Source of the DNA: Mobula hypostoma
Lineage: Eukaryota
Length of the DNA: 64,000 nt
Assembly (NCBI RefSeq): GCF_963921235.1
Contig: NC_086097.1
Coordinates: forward strand, 131,504,001 to 131,568,000
Direction of reading: 5' to 3'
The notes under the pieces were generated by a model. It made no database searches and had not been told where the DNA came from. It saw nothing but the letters and a program-made list of their open reading frames with translations. Positions 1-11,488 of the stretch are shown in pieces. The first letter of the stretch is position 1. Every line of letters starts with the position of its first letter. Both the position numbers and the translations under genes were made by a program.

Positions 1-1458
1 AACTAAAGGTGTAGCCATGGGCACCCGTATGCCTTTACCTCATCCATTTCCGACACCTCCCTCTCCTTTCTTGATCTTTCTGTCTCTATCTCTGGAGACA
101 GCTTATCTACTGATGTTTACTATAAGCCTACGAACTCTCACAGCTACCTGGACTATTCCTCTTCCCACCCTGTCTCTTGCAAAAATGCCATCCCCTTCTC
201 ACAATTCCTCTGTCTCCGCCGCATCGGTTCTCAGGATGAGGCTTTTCTTTCCATGATGAAGGAGATGTCTTCCTTTTTTAAAGAAAGGGGCTTCCCTTCC
301 TCCACCATCAACTCTGCTCTCAAATGCATCTCTCTCATTTCACACACATCTGCTCTCACCCCATCCTCCTGCCACCCCACTAGGGATAGGGTTCCCCTTG
401 TCCTCACCAACCACCCAACCAGCCTCCGGGTCCAACATATAATTCTCCATAACTTCTGCCACCTCCAACGGGATCTCACCACCAAGCACATCTTTCCCTC
501 CCCCCCTTTCTGCTTCCTGCAGGAATCGCTCCCTACGCAACTCCCTTGTCCATTCGTCCCCCGCATCCCTCCGCACTGATCTCCCTCCTGGCACTTATCC
601 TTGTAAGCGGAACAAGTGCTACACATGTCCTTACACTTCCTCCCTCACCACTATTCAGGGCCTCAGAGAGTCCATCCACAGTCCTTCCAGGTGAGGCGAC
701 ACTTCACCTGTGAGTCGGCTGGGGTGATATACTGCGTCCGGTGCTCCCGGTGCGGCCTTCTATATATTGGCGAAACCCGACGCAGGCTGGGAGACCGTTT
801 CGCTGAACACCTACATTCTGTCCACCGGAGAAAGCAGGATCCCCTAGTGGCCACACATTTTAATTCCACGTCCCATTCCCATTCTGATATGTCTATCCAC
901 GGCCTCCTCTACTGTCAAGATGAAGCCACACTCAGGTTGGAGGAACAACACCTTATATTCTGTCTGGGTTGCCTCCAACCTGATGACATGAACATTAACT
1001 TCTCTAACTTCCATTAATGCCCCTCCTCCCCTTCTTACCCCATCCCTTATTTATCTATTATCTATCTATTATTTTTAATTTTTTTATTTTTCCCCTTTTT
1101 TCTCTCTCTCTTTTTTCTCCCTCTGTCCCTCTCACTATAACTCCTTGCCTACTCTCCATCTTCTTCTGGTGCTCGCCTCCCCCTTTCTTTCTCTCTAGGC
1201 CACCCATCCCATGATCCTTTCCCTTCTCCCGACTTGTATCCCTTTTGCCAATCAACTTTCCAGCTCTTGGCTCCATCCCTCCCCCTCCTGTCTTCTCTAT
1301 CATTTCGGATCTCCCCCTCCCCCTCCCACTTTCAAATCTCTTACTAGCTCTTCTTTCAGTTAGTCCTGACAAAGTGTCTCGGCCCGAAACATCGACTGTA
1401 CCTCTTCCTAGAGACGCTGCCTGGCCTGCTGAGTTCCACCAGCATTTTGTATGTACTG
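1..1458 (+). mobile_element. Penelope-like element (Neptune-type), decayed 3' part: RT C-terminus, GIY-YIG endonuclease and 3' terminus with degenerate hammerhead
   Basis: TKGVAMGTRM at 2-31; Cys-rich linker PCKRNKCYTCP near 598-630; VIYCVRCSRCGLLYIGETRRRLGDRFAEHL...NINFSNF in ORF 616-1017; collinear with the PLE at 9222-11546 but frameshifted and lacking the YIDD region; hammerhead-like motif at 1361-1398. Confidence 0.93.
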
Positions 1459-1547
1459 ATTATAGCCAGGTTGCAAGCCTCTGATTTAAAGTTGCCTAAC
1501 TCTTGGGAATCTTGGCAGCTGAAGAGCGAAGAAGATAATAAAAAGTT

Positions 1548-1840
1548 GAGGTGATGCCTCAAGAAGGTGGCATCCATCCCTAAGGACTCTCATCATCGGG
1601 GACATGCCCTCTTCTTGTTACTACAAAGGTACAGGACCCTGAAGATCCACTCTCAACAATTCAGAAATGGCTTCTTTCTCTCCACCATCAGATCTCTGAA
1701 AAGTTCATGAAACTCATGAACACTATTTTATTACTCCTGTTTTTTTTTAACAATATTTATTCATTTTTGTAAAATATGGAAGTTTATATCTTTGCACTGT
1801 ATTTACTGCCACTAGTCAGTGATAATAAATTTAATCTGAA
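1548..1840 (+). mobile_element. Rex1/Babar-type LINE 3' fragment
   Basis: tgcctcaagaaggtggcatccatc...ggacatgccctcttc (CLKKVASI...GHALF), matching the C-terminus of the other Rex1-type copies in this window, followed by an AT-rich tail. Confidence 0.7.
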
Positions 1841-2460
1841 GAAGGGAGGTTTCAGTGCGATCCCTTCACTCTCCAAGCACAACCAACCCTCGATTCAGAG
1901 GTCGGCATCTGAGATGATGTCCTCTAAGCTTGGTGTTACCCCATACTAGTAGGTGATTTACCTGACCATGCAGCTTTGCCTGGAGTGTCCTCCACCCCCA
2001 GTGGGAGCTGACATTAGGAGAGGAATCCATCATCAGAGCTCTGTTGCATCTACGGTAACACACACTTCAGGGTTTCTTGTCATTTATTATTGCTTGCTAA
2101 CATTAAAAATGCAAGATCAGCCAAACTTTCATGTGAAATATATAAGATCTAAGTATTCTCCTTAAAGTAATGTTCAGGTCTCAGATTCTGTTTCCAAGCT
2201 CCATTTGATGATCACTTTAGTACAACTGATGTGCTCATAAACTGCATTTTATTTAATTCAAACTGTGACAGTGGCTGCATATGATTGAACTGCTTATGAT
2301 GATTGGCCAGATATTTCCATTATTTGTAGTTGCACATGGTAGTAAGGTTGCAATGGTTGTGGGGGGTTGAGATAGGACGGCCAGGTTAGCCTTGTCCCAC
2401 TCCGCTGCAGTCCTTGAGAAACTTGCTCTATCATTCTGCATCTCCCTGTGTTTCCTCAGT

Positions 2461-2713
2461 CACACACAGCAGCTAAAGAGAATCAGGGAGAACTCACCAG
2501 GCCAGGTAACATCTATGGAAAAGAGTACGGTCAATGTTTTGGGCAGAACTTATCTCTACACCTCAGCTTTTTTGTCTCTACTCCTATTGAAGGATCTCAG
2601 CCTGAAATATCGACTGTACTCTTTTCCGTAGATGCTGCCTGGCCTGCAGAGTTGCTCCAGCATTTTATGTGGGCTGCTTGGATTTCCAGCATCTGCAGAT
2701 TTTCTCTTGCTTG
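2461..2713. repeat. Head-to-head inverted pair of PLE 3'-terminal (hammerhead-region) sequences
   Basis: caggccaggtaacatctatggaaaagagtacggtc on the left mirrors gactgtactcttttccgtagatgctgcctggcctg on the right; same sequence family as 1390-1450. Confidence 0.8.
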
Positions 2714-4250
2714 AGAGTTAGGAGCACCAAGTTTCTGGGAGTGCACATAACAGATGATCTTACCTGGTCCTTCAACACCACCTCTTTGGTCAAGAAAGCA
2801 TGGTACCATCTCTGCATCCTGATGAGATTGAGGAGAGTGAGGCTCCTCCCACCCCTAGTTCTGACCAATTTTTACAAGAGCTCCATCAAGTGTGTCCTGA
2901 CCAGCTGCACTACTGACTGACAAGGCATATGACTGCACATCCCTACAAAGGATTGCGAGGACTGCTGAGAGGATAATCGGCATCTCTCTTCCACCCATCA
3001 GAGATATTTATCAGGACTGCTGTGTTCACAGGGCCCTTGGCATAGTCAATGATCCCTGCCATCCTTCCAAAAATCTTTATGACCCACAACCATCAGGCTG
3101 TAGCATTAGAACAAGGAATGTTAGAATGGGAAACAATTTCTTCCCCAGGCCGTAAGACTACCAAACTCCCTGCCACCAGCCGGGTCTCATCATATATGAA
3201 GTGCCAGGTGTGTTCTACTTTTTACTTTTTATCTTGTGTCATAAATGCACCTTATTATTTGTTAATTTACTCATAGTAACACAGTGGATTGTGGCTTATT
3301 GGGACACATCAGGACCAATTCATTTTGTCCCAATTAAGTGGGCTGGCCCAATTAGATGAAGTTTCATGGAAATAGTTAAAAAGTTATAAAAGGACAAACT
3401 ACCATTTAACTGAGTAATAAATTATGTATTTAAGTGGAATACAAAACAAATTAGAACATTATCAACCCTACTACAGTAACATAAATTTGTGCGTTGGTTC
3501 CTAGTATTTATCGGTGGGGGAATTCATATCATGTACGCTGCTGTGTTCTTTTGATTGACTGTAAATGAACAAAATTAGTGCAGACACCTTGTGTAGACAA
3601 TGAACTGCCCTCATATAATGCTATCGATTGCATCCTCCAAATCTTCATTTTCATTGTAACATTCCAAATGATTGTTGACCTCTTCAAATTATTTGTAGTT
3701 CCTAACTTATTGAAAGTAGTGAAATCATTTCATTTTCACTCCCAACTGTTTCTGGCATCTCCACACTTGAATGCTTGAAACCGCAGTGAACAAAACAGTT
3801 CTGAATTGTCTAACTGCTTATTCCTTGCTAACTATCAATGACAAAAATCATTGCTTTTTGAACACAAGCACACGTGATAACACTATTTAAAAACAGTTTG
3901 CTCTAAGCACAGTGTAAAGTCTAAAGGCTACACATGCATGCATTTGTTGCTAGTTAGAAGCTATTCAGCAACATTATCCTGGCCCAATTAAGTGGCATAG
4001 TGTCCCAAGTAAACAAAGGGAATCCCAACCATTTTCTTCATTAGTGTTTGTTCTTCAAGATTTGTCCCAAATAACTGGCTGTCCTGATTAATAGATGGGC
4101 CAATTAACTGGAATCTGCTGTATTACTTCATATGTTAAGTGGGTGAGTTACATGTACTGTGTTGCACACCTGGATCCGAAGGAATGTTGTTTTGTTTGGC
4201 AATATACATGTGTGTGGTTGAATGACAATAAACTGAACTTGAACTTGGAC
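2714..4250 (+). mobile_element. Rex1/Babar-type LINE 3' fragment, split by a DNA transposon at 3282-4120
   Basis: KFLGVHITDDLTWSFNTTSLVKKA...LTNFYKSSIKCVLTSC in ORF 2669-2920; the 3' UTR resumes at 4121 and ends in caataaactgaacttgaacttg. Confidence 0.85.
3282..4120. mobile_element. Non-autonomous Tigger/pogo-like (Tc1/mariner) DNA transposon
   Basis: Imperfect terminal inverted repeats: cagtggattgtggcttattgggac vs reverse complement of the right end, cagcagattccagttaattggccc; subterminal gtcccaa/cccaattaa repeats at both ends; right flank TA, left flank CA (probably a mutated TA); interrupts a LINE tail. Confidence 0.75.
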
Positions 4251-4789
4251 ATATCACTATCCGACTCCACACAGTTTTCTTTTGCTGGACCTAAAGCTTC
4301 CTCTTGCTTCTGAAAGGCTTTTCCCTCTTCCGAGTTCTTTCCTAATGTTTTACCAATCAAGTTAAGTTACCCTCTGTGGGAGAAGCTTTGAAGGATCATT
4401 CTGTTTTCCAGTTCAGTGGATCATTGTGATGCAGCTTTCAAACTAATGATGGATACATACACACCTCACGTTCTGGAGCTGAGGTTTCCTGTGATTTCAC
4501 TACTGGTCTGGCATAAGGGAAAACTTAATTGCTCACTGACCCCCCCCGCCCCACAGCATATTATTTCCAGCACCAAAATGTTAAAATTAGAAAGTGATTT
4601 GTATTTTTCTTCCATTTAGACTGATTTTTATCTCTCTAAACTGCTTATGCAGTGAAAATTTGGTGTTCTTACTCTGTTGCATCAACATAGGCACCATAAA
4701 GTTTACACTCAAAATGTCAAAGGATGGAAAAATAATCCTATTTCTCGCCCACTGAAAATCAGAATTTCTGTAATGACCTGACCTCTGCC

Positions 4790-5070
4790 AGCACTAACAC
4801 CTTGCAAGGTCTGCACACTCCTCCAATATTTTCTGACCGTCAATGGCGATTGTGCCTTCCGCTGCCAGTGTCCCAAGCTTTGGGATCATCTCCCTTAAAC
4901 TCCCTACCTCACTTCCTTCCTTTAAGATTCACCTTAAACTCTGCCGCTTTGACCAAGTTTTTGTTCACCATCTAGTATCATTTATGTAGCAGCATCGATT
5001 TTTGTTTGATGGCAGAGTTGTGAAGCAACTTAAGATGTTTTTGCTAAATTATAGGCACCATAAAATGGAT
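4790..5070 (+). mobile_element. Old L2-type / DeuSINE-type 3' tail
   Basis: ccttaaactctgccgctttgaccaagttttt...tgtgaagcaacttaagatgtt...ggcaccataaaatg resembles the L2-derived tail of shark SINEs (recognition by eye). Confidence 0.5.
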
Positions 5071-5712
5071 ATTGTTGAATCCATATTAATAGCAGAGAAA
5101 AGAAGGATGTCTGGAGAAGGAGAAAAGCCTTGGGAAAAAGAATTCTGAAAAAGCTTAAGATTATACAACGCGCCTATTCTAAACTGATTTTTTTTCTTTC
5201 TCCACAATCCGGTGTTGTGTTCACAACACAAAATCAGAGAATACTTCCCAGTACAGAATACAAAAGGGCAGCTCTACCCATACATCTGTGAGTTCTTAAA
5301 CAAAGGTTTGTTTGTATGCCTCAATCACTCCTGCTCATGAAAGTGGACTCTTTACTTGAAAAACATTTCAGGGAAACACTCTAAACCAACATCCTGGTAT
5401 AAATTTGCAAAATGCAATACAGGCCCGATTGTCTTTAGAGTGGATGCAGGTTGCATACGAATAGTCCTTTCAGAAATGTAATGTTCTTTGCATGGCTCAC
5501 TGGCTAATGTACAATAAATCAACAAAGACAAGCTTCAGTTCCGCTATTGGGCAGTAAAGCCACTGTTATTTTATCTTTTTACAGTATTTAATTGGAAGGT
5601 GCTTCCCCATCAACTCCCTTACTGAAACATAACCCAGCTTTCAAATGAGTTCTTCTCTTAAGAGATTAGAAAGATAACTTTTTTCTCTCTTTTGCACTCA
5701 TGCACACACTCA

Positions 5713-5728
5713 TACAGACACAGACAGA

Positions 5729-5787
<59 letters not shown>

Positions 5788-5796
5788 ACACACATA
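5713..5796. repeat. (CA)n microsatellite
   Basis: Directly visible CA dinucleotide run. Confidence 0.97.
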
Positions 5797-6949
5797 CTTT
5801 AACAAGACTTTTTTCAGACTGAGAATAAAGTTACAAGTGTCTCGCTTTTTTTGGTGAAGGAGATTGAAATTAGATGCTGAATGAGCCATAGAAGGCAAGG
5901 CTGGGAAAATGTGAATTTGGCAACTTTTACTGGTTAGACTGGAGCTTCCAATTCCCTGCTTACTGCACCAGGTGTCCATTGCATTCAAATGATACTATTA
6001 TTCATAGCACTCTGAGAACTAAAGTATTAAAGTACAAAAAAAAATTTGCAACTGAATAAAGATATAATCCTGAAAATATAACTCACAATTTAGACCTTTG
6101 ACTGACCAGCACAAATGCTCCATTGTTTGTGAGTAATGTATATTTATCAACCTTTTCCCTTCTGTTTCCAGACTGTTAACATGTTAATGGAAAACTTCTA
6201 TTTCTAACAGGCATAGCTGAGGAATCTGGTTATGCATAAAACTCAGTACAGAGATGTATTAGTTTTCAGACCTCTTAGTAAAGCTGACATGTGTACTTCA
6301 AAATGGTCAGAGTTTATTCAAGATTAGCAATTATTTCTTTATTGCATTAAAGTTGCCCAGGTAGAACCACTGAGATTAAAATAACAGAAAGAGAACAAAA
6401 CCCTCCTTGGGCTGCAGAGGAGAGGTTATTTTCTGGATATCCAGCTGTGTTAATAGTTTACCTTAAAAGTTGTAAAGACGAAAGAACGCCGCATTTTTAC
6501 AGTGCACTTCAGAAGTTAAATTATTTCTGCAATGGGGGAGATATAATGCAATGTAAATGCAGCTAGGCATCTAAAGCAAGAGAAAAAGCATTTAATAATA
6601 AAAATGGGCTCAAAATATGGACATTAGCCTCAGAAGCCAATTTGGCAGTGAATCCCATGTCTACATAGAACTAGCCTGCCAATATAGGCTGTAAATGAAC
6701 AGCATTATTGTTCTGGTATTTGATCAATTTAATTAGTGATTTGCTTTCACAAATTGCCATTTGAATGATATTTGGATATCAGTGTTGGCAAAGTTACAGT
6801 AAATGATAAAAAAAATAATTTTGTACAGAAATAAATGGTAAACATCATTGCCAAAAAGATTAAAAGTAAGTGTGATTATTGGACATGAATGAACATAGAG
6901 CAATGCTGTAGGACTGGGCTCCAAATTTCACATAGTACTGGCCTCCTTA

Positions 6950-7190
6950 CAACTCTTGAAAGAACTCCTAGTATGATTCGATGGACTCTTGACCTCATAA
7001 TCTACCTTGCTCTAATGGTGCACCTAACTGTCTATCTGCATTGCACTTTCAGTGTAACTTTAAGACTTCATTCTGCATTCTGTTGTTATTTTACCTCACT
7101 GCATTGTTGCAATGAATTGATCTGTATGAATGTTATGTGAGACAGTTTCCGTAGTAGCTCAGCGCTTGTGACAACAATAAACCAATTTAA
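6950..7190 (+). mobile_element. Rex1-type LINE 3' UTR fragment
   Basis: gatggactcttgacctcataatctaccttg...ctgcattgcactttc...gtgacaacaataaaccaatt; same family as 12460-12690 and 31970-32190. Confidence 0.6.
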
Positions 7191-9228
7191 TTTACTAGCT
7201 TGCCTTTCAAGTTCCTTGCAGGATCTCTCAAACTGCAGCGAATGAGATATTTTAATATAAACTCTTCCTGTAACATTGGATACACAGCAGCCCATATATA
7301 CACAGCAAAGTTCCAAAGCAGCAGTATGATATTAACCTGATAAACTCCTTTTTAGTGGTTTTGATTGAGGATTAAATATTAATCAGGGCTTGGTAGAATA
7401 CCTGCTGTCCAAATGAGATAACAGATACGACTTCATAGATAATGTCATTACCATCTTTGAGAGAACAGTACAGGATTATCAGCTGAGGAAATTGTGCTTC
7501 GGGGATCCAGCACAGGGGCTTTGGCTGCACATCTCCCAAATGAAATAATTTTTTTTCAGCAGACTTCATCGTTGCTACACGGAGCGAGGAGTGGGGAGGA
7601 GAGGAGAGGACAAATTAGTAGACCTGCGCGTGGAATGTCCATTCAGTGGACTTCTGAAGTATTAGTTCAAATACAAGGTTTAAGGAGAGAAGGAGCAGGT
7701 TGGCTGTGTATCTTAGTCTAGCTACTAAGGATTGGAGAGCAGGTTCAACGTTCAAAGTAAAATTTATTATCAGAGTACATGCATGTCATCCCATACATCC
7801 CTGAGGTTCTTTTTCTGTGGGCATACTTAGCAAATCTATAGAACAGTAACTGTAAACTATAAACAAACTGTGCAAGTGCAGATATAAATAAATAGCAATA
7901 AATAACAAGCATGAAGTAACAATGTAAAAGAGTCCTTAAATGAGTGCAGCTATCCCTTTTTGTTAAAGAATCTGATGGCTGGGGGATAGTAACTGTTTTT
8001 GAACCTGGTGTGGCAAGTCCTTCTGTACCTTCTACCTGATGGCAACAATAAGAAAAGAGCGTGTCCTGGGCAGTGAATTCTTTGATGATGGATGCTACTA
8101 TTCTACAGCAACCTTTCGTGTAGATGTGCTCAATGGTTGGGAGGGTTTTAGCCATGATGTACTGGGCCAAATCCACTATCTTTTGTAGGATTTTCTGCTC
8201 AAAGGCATTGGTGTTCCCATGCCAGCCATAATACAGCCGATCAGCACACTTTCCATCACACATCTATAAAGTTTGCCAAGGTTTTTTGATGACATTCTGA
8301 ACCTCTGCAGACTCCTGAGGAAGTAGAGGTTCGATCGTGCTTTCTTTGCAATAATATTTATATGATAGGTCCAGGATATGTCCTCTGAGATGGTGACACC
8401 CAGAAATTTAAAGTTACTGACCCTCTCCACCTCTGATAATTGCTGGCTCATGGACCTTTGGTTCCCCTCTTCTGAAGTCTACAATCAATTCCTGGGTCTT
8501 ATTGACATTGAGTAGGAGGTTGTTGTCATTACACCACTCAGACAAATTTTCATTCTTCCCTCCTGTATGCCAATTCATCACCTCCTTTGATAAAGCCCAC
8601 AACAGTGGTGTCACCTACAAACTTGTATCTGGTGTTGGAGCTTTACTTAGCCACAGAATCATAGGTGTAAAGTGAGTAGAGCAGGGGACTAAGTACACAT
8701 CCCTGTGGTGCTCCTGTGCTGATGGAGATTGTGGAGGAGATATTTTTGCCAATTGACACTGATTGGGGTCTACAAGTGAGGAAATCCAGGATCCAACTGC
8801 ATAATGGGGAATTGAGGCTCATGTCTTGGAGTTTATTGAGGGGATGATGGTGTTAAATGCTGAGCTGTAATCGATGAAGAGCATCCAGATGTATGCATCG
8901 TTGCTGTCCAGATGTGTGAAGAGCCAACAAGATACCACCTGCTGTAGACCTGTTGCTTCAATAGGCGAATTGAAGTGGATCCAAATCGAGATTCAGACAG
9001 GAGCTGATTTACTTCAACACCAACCTCTCATAACACTTCATCACTGTGGATGTAGATGTCACTGGGTGATCGTCACTTAAACAAGTTACCATACTCTTCC
9101 TGGGCACCAGTATGATTGAAGCCTGATTGAAGTAGATGGGTGCCACACACAGCCGAAGCGAGAGATTGAAAATATTCGTGAATACACTAGTCAGTTGGTT
9201 GGCACAGTTCTTCAATACTCCAAGGATT

Positions 9229-10848
9229 GGCAAGGATTCCCCTCCCGCTACAGATGACCCCTTCTCTTGTCTTCAACCTTCCTCCTCCTCCTCCTGGACA
9301 CCCCGCCCGGGCCTTCTACCTGCACTTGATCTCTTCATCTCCAACTGTCCCCGAGACATCAACCGTCTCAACTTCACCACTCCTCTCTCCTGTTCTAACC
9401 TCACTCCCTCTGAACGCACTACCCTCCACTCTCTCCGCACTAGTCCCAACCTCACCATCAAACCTGCTGACAAAGGTGGTGCCGTAGTAGTCTGGCGGAT
9501 GGACCTCTACCTCACTGAGGCCAAATGGCAGCTCTCTGACACCTCCTCTTACTTACCACTGGAACAGGACCCCACCAAAGAACATCAAACCATTGTCTCC
9601 CACACCATCACTGCCCTTATCAACTCCAGAGACCTTCCATCCTCAGCTGCTAAACTTACTATTCCCACACCCCGTACCGCTCAGTTTTACCTCCTCCCAA
9701 AGATACACAAGCCTGACTGTCCTGGTAGACTCATAGTTTCTGCCTGCTCCTATCCCACTGAACTTGTATCTGCCTACCTGGATTCCATTTTGTCACCCAT
9801 AGTTCAGTCCCTCCCCACCTACATCTGGGATGCATCCCATGCCCTCCACCTCTTCAATAACTTCCAATTCCCCGGTCCCAACTGCTACATTTTTACTATG
9901 GATGTCCAATCCTTATACACCTCCATTCCCCATCAAGAAGGCCTCAAAGCCCTCCGCTACTTCCTGGATAATAAACCTCACCAGTTCCCCACCACCACTA
10001 CCCTCCTCCGGTTGGTGGAACTGGTTCTCACACTTAATAACTTCTCTTTTGGCTCTTCCCACTTTCTTCTGACTAAGGGTGTAGCTATGGGAACTCGCAT
10101 GGGCCCCAGCTATGCCTGCCTCTTCGCTGGTTATGTGGAACAGTCTGCGCTCCAGACCTATTCTGGTACTGTTCCCCAATTTTTCCTTTGGTACATTGAT
10201 GACTACATTGGTGATGCTTCGTGCACCCATGCTGAGCTCATCAAATTCATCGACTTTACTTCAAACTTCCACCCAGCCCTCAAATTCACTTGGTCTATAT
10301 CTGACACTTCTCTCCCCTTTCTTGATGTCTCGGTCTCCATCTCTGGAGACAGACTGTCCACTGACATCTTCTACAAGCCCACTGACTCTCATAACTACCT
10401 CGACTATACCTCTTCCTACCCCGCCACATGCAAAAATGCCATTCCCTATTCCCAGCTCCTCCGTCTCCGCCGCATCTGCTCCGAGGATGAGGCTTTCCGT
10501 TCCAGGACATCTCAAATGTCCTCCTTCTTTAAGGATCGTTGTTTCCCTTCTACCGTCATCAATGATGCCCTCACCCGCATCTCCTCCATTTCCCGCACTT
10601 CGACCCTTACCCCATCCTCCCGTAACCACAACAGGGACAGAGTTCCCCTTGTCCTTACCTACCACCCCACCAGCCTCCGGATCCAGCTCATTATCCTCCA
10701 CAATTTCTGCCACCTTCAACAGGACCCCACCACTAAGCACATCTTTCCCTCTCAACTCCTCTCTGCTTTCCACAGGGATTGGTCCCTCCGCGACTCCCTT
10801 ATCCACACTTCCATCCCCACTGATCTCCCACCCGGCACATTCCTGTAA
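9229..10848 (+). CDS. PLE reverse transcriptase (open frame, N-terminally truncated)
   Basis: Motifs IKPADKGGAVVV, FYLLPKIHKP, MDVQSLYTSIP, KGVAMGTRMGPSYA, YIDDY, LPFLDVSV, KPTDSHNYLDYTS; the first ~31 aa of the tracked ORF (from 9136) are antisense Rex1 sequence, not part of the element. Confidence 0.9.
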   Translation, partial: GKDSPPATDDPFSCLQPSSSSSWTPRPGLLPALDLFISNCPRDINRLNFTTPLSCSNLTPSERTTLHSLRTSPNLTIKPADKGGAVVVWRMDLYLTEAKWQLSDTSSYLPLEQDPTKEHQTIVSHTITALINSRDLPSSAAKLTIPTPRTAQFYLLPKIHKPDCPGRLIVSACSYPTELVSAYLDSILSPIVQSLPTYIWDASHALHLFNNFQFPGPNCYIFTMDVQSLYTSIPHQEGLKALRYFLDNKPHQFPTTTTLLRLVELVLTLNNFSFGSSHFLLTKGVAMGTRMGPSYACLFAGYVEQSALQTYSGTVPQFFLWYIDDYIGDASCTHAELIKFIDFTSNFHPALKFTWSISDTSLPFLDVSVSISGDRLSTDIFYKPTDSHNYLDYTSSYPATCKNAIPYSQLLRLRRICSEDEAFRSRTSQMSSFFKDRCFPSTVINDALTRISSISRTSTLTPSSRNHNRDRVPLVLTYHPTSLRIQLIILHNFCHLQQDPTTKHIFPSQLLSAFHRDWSLRDSLIHTSIPTDLPPGTFL

Positions 10849-10849
10849 G

Positions 10850-11245
10850 CGTTAAGTGCTACACCTGTCCCTACACCTCATCTCTTGCAACCATTCAGGG
10901 CCCCAAACAGTCCTTCCAGGTGAGACAACACTTCACTTGTGAGTCTGTTGGGGTCATCTATTGCATCCGATGCTCCCGGTGCGGCCTCCTCTACATCGAT
11001 GAAACCCGACGCAGATTGAGGGACCGCTTCGTTGTGCGCCTCCACTCCGTCCGCCACAACAGACAGGATCTCCCGGTAGCCACCCACTTCAACTCTGCTT
11101 TCCATTCCCATTCAGATATGTCCATACATGGCCTCTTCTACTGCCATGATGAGGCTAAACTCAAGTTGCAGGAGCAACACCTCATATACCGTCTAGGTAG
11201 TCTCCAGCCCCTTGGTATGAACATAGAATTCTCCAACTTCCGAAA
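10850..11245 (+). pseudogene. PLE GIY-YIG endonuclease domain, separated from the RT by small indels and a stop near 10840-10855
   Basis: HFTCESVGVIYCIRCSRCGLLYIDETRRRLRDRF...HFNS...EQHLIYRLGSLQPLGMNIEF; YIG is changed to YID. Confidence 0.88.
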
Positions 11246-11452
11246 TTCCCTCCCCCTCCCTTCCTCTATCCCTATTTCATTCTATCCCCTCCCCCAGCTC
11301 CCTCATGTTTCCGCCTCCTTCTTCTACCACCCATTGTTTTCAGGGCTATGACGTCAATGCTGCCCCTCTCCCACCCCTTTGTCTTTCAAATTACTGGTCT
11401 TTCAACTGACGCTACAAGCATTCTTCAAATCCGTCCCCATCTTTCATTCTTC

Positions 11453-11488
11453 AGTCCTGACGAAGGGTTCCGGCCCGAAACGTCGACT
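11453..11488 (+). ncRNA. Minimal type I hammerhead ribozyme motif in the PLE 3' terminus (predicted cleavage after C11484)
   Basis: Stem I AGTC/GACT; core CTGACGA (11457-11463); extra A; stem II GGGT-TCCG-GCCC; GAAA (11477-11480); GTC triplet; stem III reduced to the ACGT palindrome. PLEs are known to carry minimal hammerheads. Confidence 0.82.

Noticed and set aside
6211..6228. 18-nt candidate exon gcatagctgaggaatctg
   Set aside because: The donor GTTATG is poor
9136..9228. N-terminal 31 aa of the 570-aa ORF as a true start of the PLE protein
   Set aside because: It lies in or upstream of the TSD and is the antisense strand of the Rex1 RT; the fusion is accidental
10112..10855. Overlapping 247-aa and 181-aa ORFs within the PLE
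   Set aside because: Alternative and antisense frames kept open by the C-rich composition; no recognisable motifs
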